Shown piece by piece: positions 1 to 10,682 of a DNA stretch of 64,000 nucleotides (positions within the stretch are counted from its first letter, which is position 1; each line of letters starts with the position of its first letter). The position numbers were made by a program, and so were the translations under genes. Source of the DNA: Histomonas meleagridis 2922-C6/04-290x. Taxonomy: Eukaryota > Protista > Parabasalia. The notes under the pieces were generated by a model. It made no database searches and was not told where the DNA came from. It was given only the letters and a program-made list of their open reading frames with translations. The DNA is taken from positions 168,675-232,674 of the forward strand of contig JAANOX010000237.1 in NCBI GenBank assembly GCA_020184695.1, read 5' to 3'.

Positions 1-650
1 AATTGACTTTGTTTGTTTGAACTATTATGGGGTAGAACAATGAAAAACCACCATCAAACATTGTTTAAAGTAACAGTCTACGCTAAAAGCATAACAGCAA
101 ATACAGAAAGTTATGTTTTTGATTAAAGATGATTTGTTTACAATGATCTTGAATTTATTCATTATTTTTTTTTTAAAGAAACTTAGTTTCAGCATTCAAC
201 TTTTCTTTTTTATTATTGTCCGCAAATAAACAAAAAAAATTACATAGATCCTATGTAAGTCAAATGAGAATTAAAATTAAAAAAAAATAAACATTTTTTT
301 AAAAGGAAATTAGAAAAAACAAAGACTATGAAACAGTTGTATGAAGTTTATTTATAATATAAATGCGTTTGGTACTAATTAATATTAGGGAATTCTATGA
401 TGTTAGTTGATAAATTTGTGGCTCAGAAACAGTTTGCTCACCATATTTTCAGATGTCCCAAACTAATATCTCTTCACCGCATAAAAATACATACTTAATG
501 AGGCTTAGCAACCCAACAAAAAATGAATACGACCATGGCGGTTATAAAATCACGTTTATTTTAACGTTCATTTCAAAAAATTGACAAAGATAGTCAAATT
601 TTTGACTTGCTTTTAATTTTAAACGTACTTTATGATTTTCTGATCTTTTC

Positions 651-1376
651 ATGAATCTTGATTCTACAATCTGTTCTATAGCTGCTTTAAAGCAACGAAT
701 AGAAGAACTTGAAAGCGAAAAATTAGAATTGGATAATGAGTTAACTGAATATCAAAGTCAAATCCTTGAACTCAAAAAAGATGTCCTGAATCAAGAAATA
801 TTATCAAAAGCGACAAAGAATGCACTTAACATGATAAAGGAATCAAAAGCAATTCGCTCCCAAATTGAAGCTGAAAGGGAACTTAATGCACAATTGAAAA
901 ATGAATTAAAAACCGCAGAAGAAACTTTGTATAAACTTAAAAACAACCCAGTCACAGTTGAAAAAGATGATAAAGACGCTTTACGTGTAATTCAAAACAT
1001 CAATGAATATCAAAAATTAACAGCGCAGATACTCAAAGATTATTTTCCGTCCACATTTTTCAAATCAACTTTAACACCAAATGAGAATACAAGTCGATAT
1101 GATATTGATTTACTTCCAACTGATCAACGAAAAATTGTAAAACGTCTTCGTGAACTCCCTTCGAATTACCCTCAACAAAGCAATCAAGTCAAACATGCGA
1201 TTCTACAAGGAATGGTGTTTACTCTTCAAATAGCAGATGATTTAATTCAAAGTATATGCTCTCTTAAGAGCCAACAGTCCTACTCCATGACACCTGCGTC
1301 TATAGAAACCCAGATCATACCTTTAACATATCAACTTAAAGTAATTTTTAACGAATTGAAACGTTTTTCTTTCTGA
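651..1376 (+). CDS. Hypothetical coiled-coil protein (241 aa)
   Basis: Open ATG-TGA frame; N-terminal half is heptad-like and E/K/L-rich; no family recognised. Confidence 0.7.
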   Translation: MNLDSTICSIAALKQRIEELESEKLELDNELTEYQSQILELKKDVLNQEILSKATKNALNMIKESKAIRSQIEAERELNAQLKNELKTAEETLYKLKNNPVTVEKDDKDALRVIQNINEYQKLTAQILKDYFPSTFFKSTLTPNENTSRYDIDLLPTDQRKIVKRLRELPSNYPQQSNQVKHAILQGMVFTLQIADDLIQSICSLKSQQSYSMTPASIETQIIPLTYQLKVIFNELKRFSF

Positions 1377-1585
1377 GACGGGTTCCAAGAATCTCTAAAT
1401 TGTGTTTAAATAAAGTAAAAAGCGTATTTTTTGTTCTAATTATGGTTTTATGCATAGCAAAAGTTTGTTACGGATTTTGTTTCTGAAATAACAGTTAACT
1501 GCTTTTTTAGTTTCAAAAATTTTGTTTGTTTCAGAATTTTCAACAAGACATTTTAATTTGAATCAAAGTATTTTGACATTGGAAC

Positions 1586-2470
1586 ATGGAAGAATCGTCA
1601 GATGACATAGAAGACTATATTGATTATCAAGTTGAATGGGAGGACAGAAGTAATTGTGCTTGCAACATAGCATATTTTCCAGTTGGTGGGTTTTACATTA
1701 TAAATCATTGGCGTAAAAAATTTTTGCGTCCAATTCTTTCAAACATAGCTTTTATCATTATATTTGCAGACTTAGTATTTGATCTTTATTATTCACTTAA
1801 TTTTAAAGAGTATATAATTTCGCTAGTGTTTTGTTCACTTGCATTTTTAGCGACAGCTGTTTCATATTGGCTAATTATTGTTATAGGTCCGGGATATGTA
1901 CCATATAACTGGAAGTTAACACATAAAAAGCGATTTACATGGAAAGAAAGGATGAATTATATCACAATATACGACCAACAAGTTCAATGTGCCAGAATGT
2001 CCGAAAGGCCAGCAAGGTCATCTTTTTCCTTGGATGCAAGAAGGTTTGTTCTTCGAGCAGATCATCTATGCATTTGGACAAATTCATGGATCGGATTTAA
2101 AAACCATCGTTACTTCATTTTATTTACACTCTGGTTTGTTATTTATAGCTGTCTTTGGTTTGCTTGCAGATATAACTGGTATCTTTTAATTCCACAACTT
2201 CATTGGTATTATCTTATATCAGCTGCTTGTGCAATCGTTCTTATAACAGCTGCTAGTTATTCATTTTATTACTTGGTTAAGTCGTTGATAAATCTAAAAA
2301 ATAACATCACGGGAATCGAAAAGTACAATCGAAGGAACGTTAAAATGTACGATAAAGGCTGTATGAACAACTTTGAAGAAATCTTTGGAACAAGGAAGTG
2401 CATCATATGCTGGTGTAACCCTTTTTGTCCAGTTCCACGTGTCCATGATGGTTTTTATAATTCATATTAA
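1586..2470 (+). CDS. DHHC-family palmitoyltransferase-like membrane protein (DHLC variant)
   Basis: Four hydrophobic segments; RPARS...VLRADHLCIWTNSWIGFKNHRYFILF aligns with the DHHC-CRD consensus; C-terminal YDKG..NNFEEIFG motif is typical of the family. Confidence 0.85.
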   Translation: MEESSDDIEDYIDYQVEWEDRSNCACNIAYFPVGGFYIINHWRKKFLRPILSNIAFIIIFADLVFDLYYSLNFKEYIISLVFCSLAFLATAVSYWLIIVIGPGYVPYNWKLTHKKRFTWKERMNYITIYDQQVQCARMSERPARSSFSLDARRFVLRADHLCIWTNSWIGFKNHRYFILFTLWFVIYSCLWFACRYNWYLLIPQLHWYYLISAACAIVLITAASYSFYYLVKSLINLKNNITGIEKYNRRNVKMYDKGCMNNFEEIFGTRKCIICWCNPFCPVPRVHDGFYNSY

Positions 2471-2999
2471 ATTTTGTTAATGTTTTTTATTTGTTTCTAA
2501 TTTTTGAGGGAACTGTGTTCGAATTTAAAGACAAGGTCTAAGTGAAGTGAAAAACTGACACTATAAACATAAATTTTCAGCATCTGTTCCATACAATTCT
2601 AAAAAAAATATAAACATAATAATATACATTGTAGGTTAATCTTAAATATTATGTATCATGAAAATATATCAATTTTTTGAAAAAATATTTCATCATTATT
2701 TTTTTCACATTAATAATTAATTAAAGAAATAAAATGAATCATTAATTTTCAATAACGGAAATGGAATTAATTATCGAGACATTGCTAAAATAAAGAAATT
2801 CAGAAAAATATTATGAAAATTATTTGGTATATATCACAAGATTGGGCGTTAATTTAAAATATATATATATAGATCTATATTTAAAGATTCTCTCACATCA
2901 TAACAAGAAACAATATGAATATAAAATGCTTTAATTTAATATTTTTTCATAAATACTTTCACTTAATCAATAAATTTTACTTATTCATTAAAAGCAAAC

Positions 3000-5900
3000 T
3001 TACAAAAATCTTGCTCCAAAAAGAAATGCTGGATTTGCTTCAGCAAATTTCGGTTTCGGTGCACCCCAACCACCAAATACTTGATGTGCTTGTTTTGTTT
3101 CTGATGCCAAAAGTTTTTCATCGTATATAATATCATTTTGCTTCTTAAGTAATTCCACAATATTTTTACAATTTTCATTACCTCCTTGATTTGAGTTTGC
3201 GAGCATAATTGCTGATTCACCGTTATTATTTACTTCATTTATTTTTATATCTTTTTGTTGAAGAAGTAATTCTACGATTTCAAAACAACCATTTTGCGCA
3301 GCGCCCATTAAAGAATTCATAAATAATTTTCATAAATTCCGAAGTTTTTATATAAATTTTAAAAAATTATAATAATTATTATTCTTATGATTTATATCGA
3401 TTTCTTTATGATCGAGTAATAATTTAACGATTTCCAAATGATTATTAAAACATGCTAACATAAAAGCAGTACCAAAATAATTAATTAAATTCCAAATTTT
3501 ATCTATAAATTCCATTTTTTATTAATAAACATATAATACTTATAATAAATACCATGAATGTCCAGATCAATTCCTTCATGTTCAAGTAATAGTTTAACTA
3601 TATCTGTTCTTCCTTCTGAACAAGCAGTCATTAATGGTGTAAAATATATATATATTTAATTCCAAATATTGTTTTGATATAGAAATATTTTGAATCAATA
3701 ATATAATGAAATAAATAAACAGATTTCACATTAACATTAACATCTTTTTTATCAAGAATTAACTTAAAGATTTCGAATTGATTCTTTTTAACTTCTTCAA
3801 AATTTGCTTTATTGTTAACAAATCAATAAAATAAATCTTAACACGTGTAAATAAATTTGGCTTATTATTATCATTTCCTTGAGAATATTTCATATCGAAA
3901 TGACATTGATCAGTTTTAGATGCACAATGAGAATTCATAAAAATTATAAATAAATCAATTAACAAATAAAAAAACTCTAAATTATCAAAATTAATTCTAA
4001 ACTCACAAAATGAACTTCGAAAAATTAAAGTAAACCAATTTGTTTTGATTTGGATTATAAAATGTATTATTATGTTTGTATAAAGACATTTTATGAAGTA
4101 CAGTTTCAAATGATTGAATGAAATTCCAAATATTATTTCGAAATATTAAAAAGGCGGAACAAATCGTATTCAGAAGATTAACATCAATTCCTTTATGATC
4201 AAGAAGTAATTTAACAATTTCAACAAAACCTGCAATCGTTGCATACATTAAAGGTGAACCGAATGAATTAAATATATTTCACGAAATTTATCAATGAAAT
4301 ATTAAACTTAAGAAATGAATATCAACAAAATTAACATCAATTTCTTTATGTTCAAGTAATAATTTAACAATATCAATGTAGTTATTACGTACAGCAAAAG
4401 TTAAAGCTGTTTCAAATAAATTAAATTGTTTCCAAATAAAATTTAAAAACATAAAATTAATAAAATAAATTTTAAAACATATTATTAAATAGTTTTAGCA
4501 TTAATATCAATATCTTTTTGTTCAAGAAGTAATTTAACAATATCAACACTGCCTTTCCATGTTGCAAAAATAAATGGGGTTTCAAAAAATGGAAACAATT
4601 TTTAAAAATATTTTAATATTATATTTATTACATTTGTTAATATCAATTCCCTCAACATTAAGAAGAAGTTTCACAAGATCAACATTACCACTATTACATG
4701 CATAAAACAATGGCGTTAAAAAAACAATAGACAAATTCCAAAGTTTGGAGTAAAACATTGAATTTATAAAACAAATATCGAACAAAAAAATGAAACATTT
4801 GCAATATTTATATCAATACCTTTACATTCAAGAAGTAATTTGCATATTTTTATATAATTATTTTCAAATGCAAATGTTAATGCAGTTTTTCCTCTAGTAT
4901 TTTGTTGTGAAATATCAATTCCTTTATGTTGAAGAAGTAATTTAACTATTTTTGTATGACCATTTGAAGATGCTAAAATTAGCGCTGTATAAAATATTTG
5001 AAATAATTTCCAAATATTATTTTGAAATATCAAATTATTATAATATATATTATTTTTAGCATTAACATCAATTCCTTCTTGTTCAAGAAGTAATTTAACT
5101 ATATCTGTATTACCTTTATAAGATGCAAACATAATTGCTGTTTTAAATATTTTTAATAAATTCCAATAATTATTTTAAAATATTAAAATATTCAAATAAA
5201 TAATATCTTTAGCATTAATATCAATTCCCTTTTGCTCAAGAAGCATTTTCACGTTTTCAATGTTATTTAAAGCACAAGCACAAAATAAAGGGGTTTTATA
5301 AAAGCACAAGAAACTCTACTAAATATTCTCAACAAACATTAAAAAAACAAAAACAAATATCATAAATATTAACATTAATAGCTTTCCTCGATAAAACATA
5401 TTTCACAAGTTCACTATTATTTGAAGAAACAGCATAAGCTATTGCATTATTTGGTAATGCTTTTCCTTCATAAAGATATCTTACAATGAATAAGTTACCA
5501 CTTGCAAAAACTTCTTCAACGAATTGAGCATCATAAATATTAATTCCTTCATTTTCGATGAACAAAAAGATATCAAAGTTATCATATTGTATACATTTCG
5601 AACCCATATAATTTATTATTTTTATTTTCTTTTCTTCTTCACTTTCATTATTTCTCATTTGGTTCTGAGAAAATGTTATTGGATTTTGGAAGTTAAAATA
5701 ACGCAGACATTTTCTTATAAACATAGTTCTTTCCTGATTATAATCGCATTTGAATAATTTATTTTCATATAGATAATAAAAGATATCATTTCGATGGAAC
5801 TTAATTGCTGCTTTATAAGCGTTTCCAAATGTTACACCATTTTGTTCACATAAATGAATGATTTCAATGTTTCCACCTGCTACTGCATATTTACCAACAT

Positions 5901-6696
5901 TTTCAATATAAGCACCATTAACTAACAAATATTTAAAACATTTAATCGACCCATAAAATGCTGCATATTGGATTAATGTAACAGGATGTTCATCACAACT
6001 AAAACATTTGGTGAATTTCTCATAAATTGATACTGGTAATGGCTCATCAATATCAATTTTATTGTTTGATATTATTTCTTGAAGTTGTTCAGCATCATCA
6101 TTACGTATAGCTTTTGTGACTTCAGAAGGATTTCCTTCGTTCATGTTCTTTTTATGTTCTTCAAAATTACTTCCTTTTTGTTGACGAATGATTTCAATAG
6201 CTTTCTGTTCCCCAAAGGAGGGTTGTGCTTTTTGAGCTTGATTTTCAATTGATGAAATTTGTTCTTTTGTTAATAAATGAACAAAGTATATCTTGTTTTC
6301 TGGGTGATCAATAAATTGATCAGGTCTTATTAAATTATTTTCAACTAATTTAACTAATATAAAATTGGACTCTCTAATACCCACTGAAAGTAAATAACTT
6401 TTAAATAGTGAAAATATTTGTGGACTTTCTTTGAGAATTTCTTCTTCCTTTTTTTCAATAAATTGTAAATATTGTATATAGATATTTATATCTTTACGCT
6501 GTGATAGATATGATGAATAAATATTTCTTATTAGAACCAGATTAAATGAAATTGGAAAATTAGTATCAAATAAATCCATGGTTAATTGAACAGTCAATTC
6601 AATGTTTTCTTGATTTAAATCAAAAAGTAAATTACTAATATCTTGAAGATATTTGATTTCTTCTTTGGGATTTCTTGTTGTCATTTTGTTGTCCAT
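3000..6696 (-). CDS. Ankyrin-repeat protein (parabasalid DUF3447-like N-terminus plus about 12 ankyrin repeats), interrupted by 42 17-nt units; reconstructed length 993 aa
   Basis: ORF 5329-6696 runs into ankyrin repeats that continue in fragments to the stop at 3000. Removing 41x17 nt plus one 18-nt unit (715 nt) from the 3697-nt span leaves 2982 nt = 994 codons with no internal stop in my manual translation. Restored loops: YDNSRKTPL, KDINGKTAI, KNNDGYTAL, ANDNGLTPL, CNKYKETPF, KTKYGETAL, VDNREGSPL, LNTNGETVL, KSYSGFTPL, HGYGGGTAF, KNNKGMNSL. Confidence 0.8.
3321..5358 (-). other. Clusters of 17-nt non-GT-AG intervening units in ankyrin gene 1
   Basis: Clusters at 5298-5358, 5145-5204, 4992-5051, 4720-4796, 4584-4626, 4414-4490, 4261-4320, 4108-4167, 3939-4035, 3820-3836, 3644-3720, 3474-3550 and 3321-3380. 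Loop cluster lengths are 43, 60 (one 61) or 77 nt = 9 + n x 17. Example (minus strand, 4796-4720): AAT|gtttcatttttttgttc|GAT|atttgttttataaattc|AAT|gttttactccaaacttt|GGA|atttgtctattgttttt|TTA ACG CCA. Confidence 0.85.
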
Positions 6697-6949
6697 TGCC
6701 TGAAAAAAACGTTAAAAAAGTGCCTTGGCATGGATTGCATAGCTTCTATCAGAGTAGTGTAAACGAAATTAATTCATATTTTTCTCTGAATGGAAATTAA
6801 TAAATTCATTTTAGATATATAAAATATCTCTTTATATATGTAGAGATTAATATTATCATTATCTAATATTGCAATGCCTTAATTAATATTTCGGAAATGA
6901 GGGAAAATCAATTCATTATGAAATTTTCTCAAATGAATATAGTTTCTCA

Positions 6950-7835
6950 TGAAAATATCATTTTCAATTTGAATTTTGAAAATATTAAAAAAATCAACAA
7001 AATCAATTGATGAATTTGATAAAAAATATGATTGGGAATTTCATAAACAATTAATTAAAAAAGGAGTAAATCCTAATGAAATTACAATAATAATTCGAAA
7101 TTATGAAATAGAAAAACTTCAAGAAATATCATCACAAAATGATTTTAAATTTTTGGATCAATTATATGTTTTAGATATTTAATTATGAATGGTGTTAAAG
7201 TCGGCAAATATTCATTTGCAGGTGGAAATGAAGTAATAATTCATTTATGTGAAAATAATAATGGATCATTTTATGAAGCAGCAATTGAATTTCATTGAAA
7301 TGATATCTTTAAACACCTTTATGAAAATAAAATTGTTAAAACGATAAATTTAGATTACTTATATAAGTAATGTATTGTCAATAATTCATTTAATTGTGTA
7401 GGAAGGATTGAATTTAGATTCTTTCATATATGAATTATCATTGACTGGAATTTATATCTAATAAAATGTTTTCTTGAAAAATATAAACTACTAAATGATA
7501 TTTATTTCATGAGCAAGTCCAGGAAATATTGAACTTGTTGAATATTTTCTTAAATTTGAACAAACTGATATCAATGTTAGAAAAGTTTCTATAAAAAATT
7601 GGGAATTTGTTGATATGTCATTATATTTAATATGAGTATTTGGCTATTTTTTATGTTTTTTGATATTTATTTGAAAAATTTTATACCCTTATATAATATT
7701 TGGAAATAATTTATATTATTTAATACATCAGTTATTAAAGCATTTAAAAATGCTCAAATAGAAATAGTTAAATTGCTTCTTGAACAAAAAGGAATTAATG
7801 TTAGCTGGAGGGTCAAAAAACCAACATTTGTATAA
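6950..7835 (+). pseudogene. Decayed paralog of the DUF3447-like/ankyrin genes
   Basis: Fragments such as WEFHKQLIKKGVNPNEI..IRN.EIEKLQEISSQNDF match ORF 8904-10241; many stops and frameshifts; ends with one ankyrin repeat (NTSVIKAF...EIVKLLLEQKGIN) preceded by seven 17-nt units. Confidence 0.75.
7585..7721 (+). other. Array of seven 17-nt units separated by six single codons
   Basis: AAA|gtttctataaaaaattg|GGA|atttgttgatatgtcat|TAT|atttaatatgagtattt|GGC|tattttttatgtttttt|GAT|atttatttgaaaaattt|TAT|acccttatataatattt|GGA|aataatttatattattt|AAT ACA TCA; 7x17 + 6x3 = 137 nt; joined reading is RKGYGDYGNTSV. Confidence 0.75.
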
Positions 7836-8244
7836 ATTTTAAAAATGCGATAAAATAGATATCATTGAGATCAGTAAATTTTTCAGAGGTACTAAAACTC
7901 AAAATCATGCAATATTTTTTCAACGATAATTATATGTTAATAATGGCATCGGTAGGAGATTACAAAAATATTTTTGTTATGAAATTTTGACTGTTAAATC
8001 TTTCCAAATTCGATATGATTTCGACCATACTTTTTTGGGAATTTTGTGATATTTCCTATATAGTAATATTGTATGTTAGATATGTTTATTTTCTAAATAA
8101 TTATCTTGTATTATTTTTATTAAAATTTAGAAAGTGTGGAACTCAATTTAAAAAAAAAAATTAATTGAAAAATTGTTATTCGAAAACTTAACTTTGGTTT
8201 ATATGATGAGATAAAAAGATTTTATATTTGTTGACTATAAGTTT

Positions 8245-10241
8245 TTACTGTTTATTGTTTTTTTCTTTATCATTGAATAATTTAACTATTTCTTCGTAAC
8301 CTTTAATTGTTGCAATCATGAGTGGAGTTAATAATAATTTGCATGAATATCAAATATCAGTTTGAAACATAAAATTGATTAAATTAACACTAAATATAAT
8401 AAATTGATAGTATAAGTATGAATTACTATTCCCTCTTGTTCAAGTAATAGTTTAACAATTTCAGTTTTTCCACATTCACATGCAACTAAAAGAGCTGTTT
8501 GAAGAAAAATGAATAAAATCCAAATATCATTTTGAAAAGTCATTTTTTACAATTAAATATTATATACTTTAAATATATATCTTTAGCATTAATATCAATT
8601 CCTTTTTGTTTAAGGAGCAATTTTATAATGTCAATATGACCATATCTAGTTGCCAGCATTAAAGCTGTCCATAATAATTTATAAAAATTCCAAAACTTAT
8701 TTTTAAGCATTAAATTATTCTATTAAATATTGAACAAAATTTTAAAATATCTTTGTTATTAATATCAATGTCCTTTTGCTCAAGAAGTAATTTGACAACA
8801 TCAGTACATCCATTAAGTGATGCATTCATTAAAGCTGTTTTAAATTCTTTGAATAATTTCCATTAACAATTTTAAAATATAAAGTTATTAAAATATATTT
8901 TGTTCAAAACGAATAAACATCGCTAATATTTATATCAATTCCTTCTTGTTCAAGAAGCAATTTTACAATTTCTATATGACCATTTTTTGTAGCAATTATA
9001 AGTGCAGTTTGAAATAATATAAAGAATTTCCAAATATTACTTAAAAACTTCACATGAGTAAAATTAAAACTTTTTTCATTTATATTAATACACTTTAGAT
9101 CGATGACATATTTAACGAGTTCAACATTTCCTGACAATGAAGAAAAAATTAAAATATCTTTCGGAACAGGTTTCTTATTAAGGAAATATTTAACAAGAAA
9201 TATATTTCCAATATTAGCTGCTAAATTAATAAATGATTCTTCAATATCCATACCTTCTTTTTCCAAAAAATAAAGAATTTGATAATTGTTACATTTAATA
9301 CAAATTTTTCCCAGTTTGTTTATATTGTCAATTTTAGACATTTTATTCTCGTAAAGATAATGAAAGATATCATTTCGATGAAACAAAATTGCAGTTTCAA
9401 TAGTTCCTTCGAAAGATAAATGATATTGTTCACAAAGATGAAACATTTCTATGTTACCACCTGCAACAGCAAATATTCCTGAATTATAACTTGCTCCGTT
9501 TAGTAACAAAAATTTAAAACATTTAATTGATCCAAAAAATGCTGCATAATCAATTAACGAAACTTTTTCTTGATTAATAAATGAACATCTTTCATAAATT
9601 GAAGGACAAATTATTTGATTAAAATTAAAATCATTTTGTGATGATATTTCTTGAAGTTTTTCTATTTCGTCATTTCGAATTATTTTTGCTATTTCATTCG
9701 GATTAACTCCTTCTTTAATTAATTGCTTATGAAGTTCCCAATTATTCTTTGATAGTTCTTTTATATTATCAAAGAAATCTCTACTATGGTAGTATCTAGC
9801 TAATCGAAAATCTTCAAATTCTTCATTACTTAGAAAATGTGAAAAATAAAAAGATTTATGTTTTTTGCTTTTTATAACTTGAGATGTGATTAATTTATAT
9901 TCATACAACTTTTCAAGAAGAAAATTAGATTCTTGAGAATCAGAGCAAAGAAGAATTGTTGTAAATATATGAATTAGCTTGAAATCATTTTTATTGATTT
10001 TTTCTTTTTCTTCAATTTCCTGGAGAAAATGAATACAAATATCGAATTCATTCACGTTTGAACTAAAGCTTAAAAGAAATAATTGACTTAGAACAGTATT
10101 GAATGAATATACTAAATTATCATCAAATAAATTCATAATCGATTCAATTGATGAATTAAAATTATCTTTATTTAAGCCAAAAACAATTTGTTCCATCAGT
10201 AGTAAGATATCATCAGTGATATTTTGAAATGACGCCTTCAT
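8245..10241 (-). CDS. Ankyrin-repeat protein 2 (DUF3447-like N-terminus plus ankyrin repeats), interrupted by 19 17-nt units; reconstructed length 557 aa
   Basis: ORF 8904-10241 continues through clusters 9012-9070 (parse ambiguous, also open in frame), 8842-8918, 8672-8748, 8502-8578 and 8332-8408, the last four at a 170-bp period (102 coding + 68). Restored loops: SDKYGKTAL, KDNNGWTAL, KDNDGQTAL, YTSYDLTPL. Stop TAA at 8247-8245; 1997 - 323 = 1674 nt = 558 codons. Confidence 0.82.
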
Positions 10242-10682
10242 GACGGATGAAGGAGGACGATAAAATTACATTCAAATTTCAAAGTCATATTTTATGAAGA
10301 AAAAAGTGAATTTCTAATGACCGAATAGATTCTTGATACCTCAAGAAATTTCTTTAGACATTATTCATGAATATCAATATTGATACTTACATGTGTAATT
10401 AAGCACTCAGTGTTGGTTGTCTCATTTTTAAATTTTTACATATATGATTAGCATTTGAAAACATCGCTTTTTTTCTTCTTGTTTAAATTTTATAGAGCAA
10501 AAGTCGATTTTTTTTTTGCTTTTTTATGAAGAAAAACAAAAGAAATTTCACCAACAGTTAGTTTTACTTTAAGTCAAGTAGCTTCACATCACACTGTTTT
10601 CTGTTCACCGGGAAACTTTTTGAAAGGCAATCTTTTCCGGAAAAGATTTGTGAAATGACTCCGGTGGAACTCATTATATTAA

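Noticed and set aside
4992-5204. TAA read as Gln (alternative genetic code), suggested by F-*-N-N versus F-Q-N-N in two in-frame 60-nt inserts
   Set aside because: Conserved genes here (RPS18, RPL37A, fumarase, RPN2, centrin) have no internal TAA/TAG and several end in TAA. The 43- and 77-nt inserts shift the frame, so recoding cannot rescue them.
3321-5358. 17-nt units as MITE/transposon insertions with an ATTT target-site duplication
   Set aside because: Leaving one ATTT copy behind would break the frame and the ankyrin consensus; empty slots show no residual ATTT; no terminal inverted repeats.
8332-8918. T4 gene 60/byp-type ribosomal hop with matched take-off and landing codons
   Set aside because: The last three bases of the units (mostly TTT/TTC) do not match the preceding codon, and there is no consistent stop or hairpin. 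Only this classical form is rejected.
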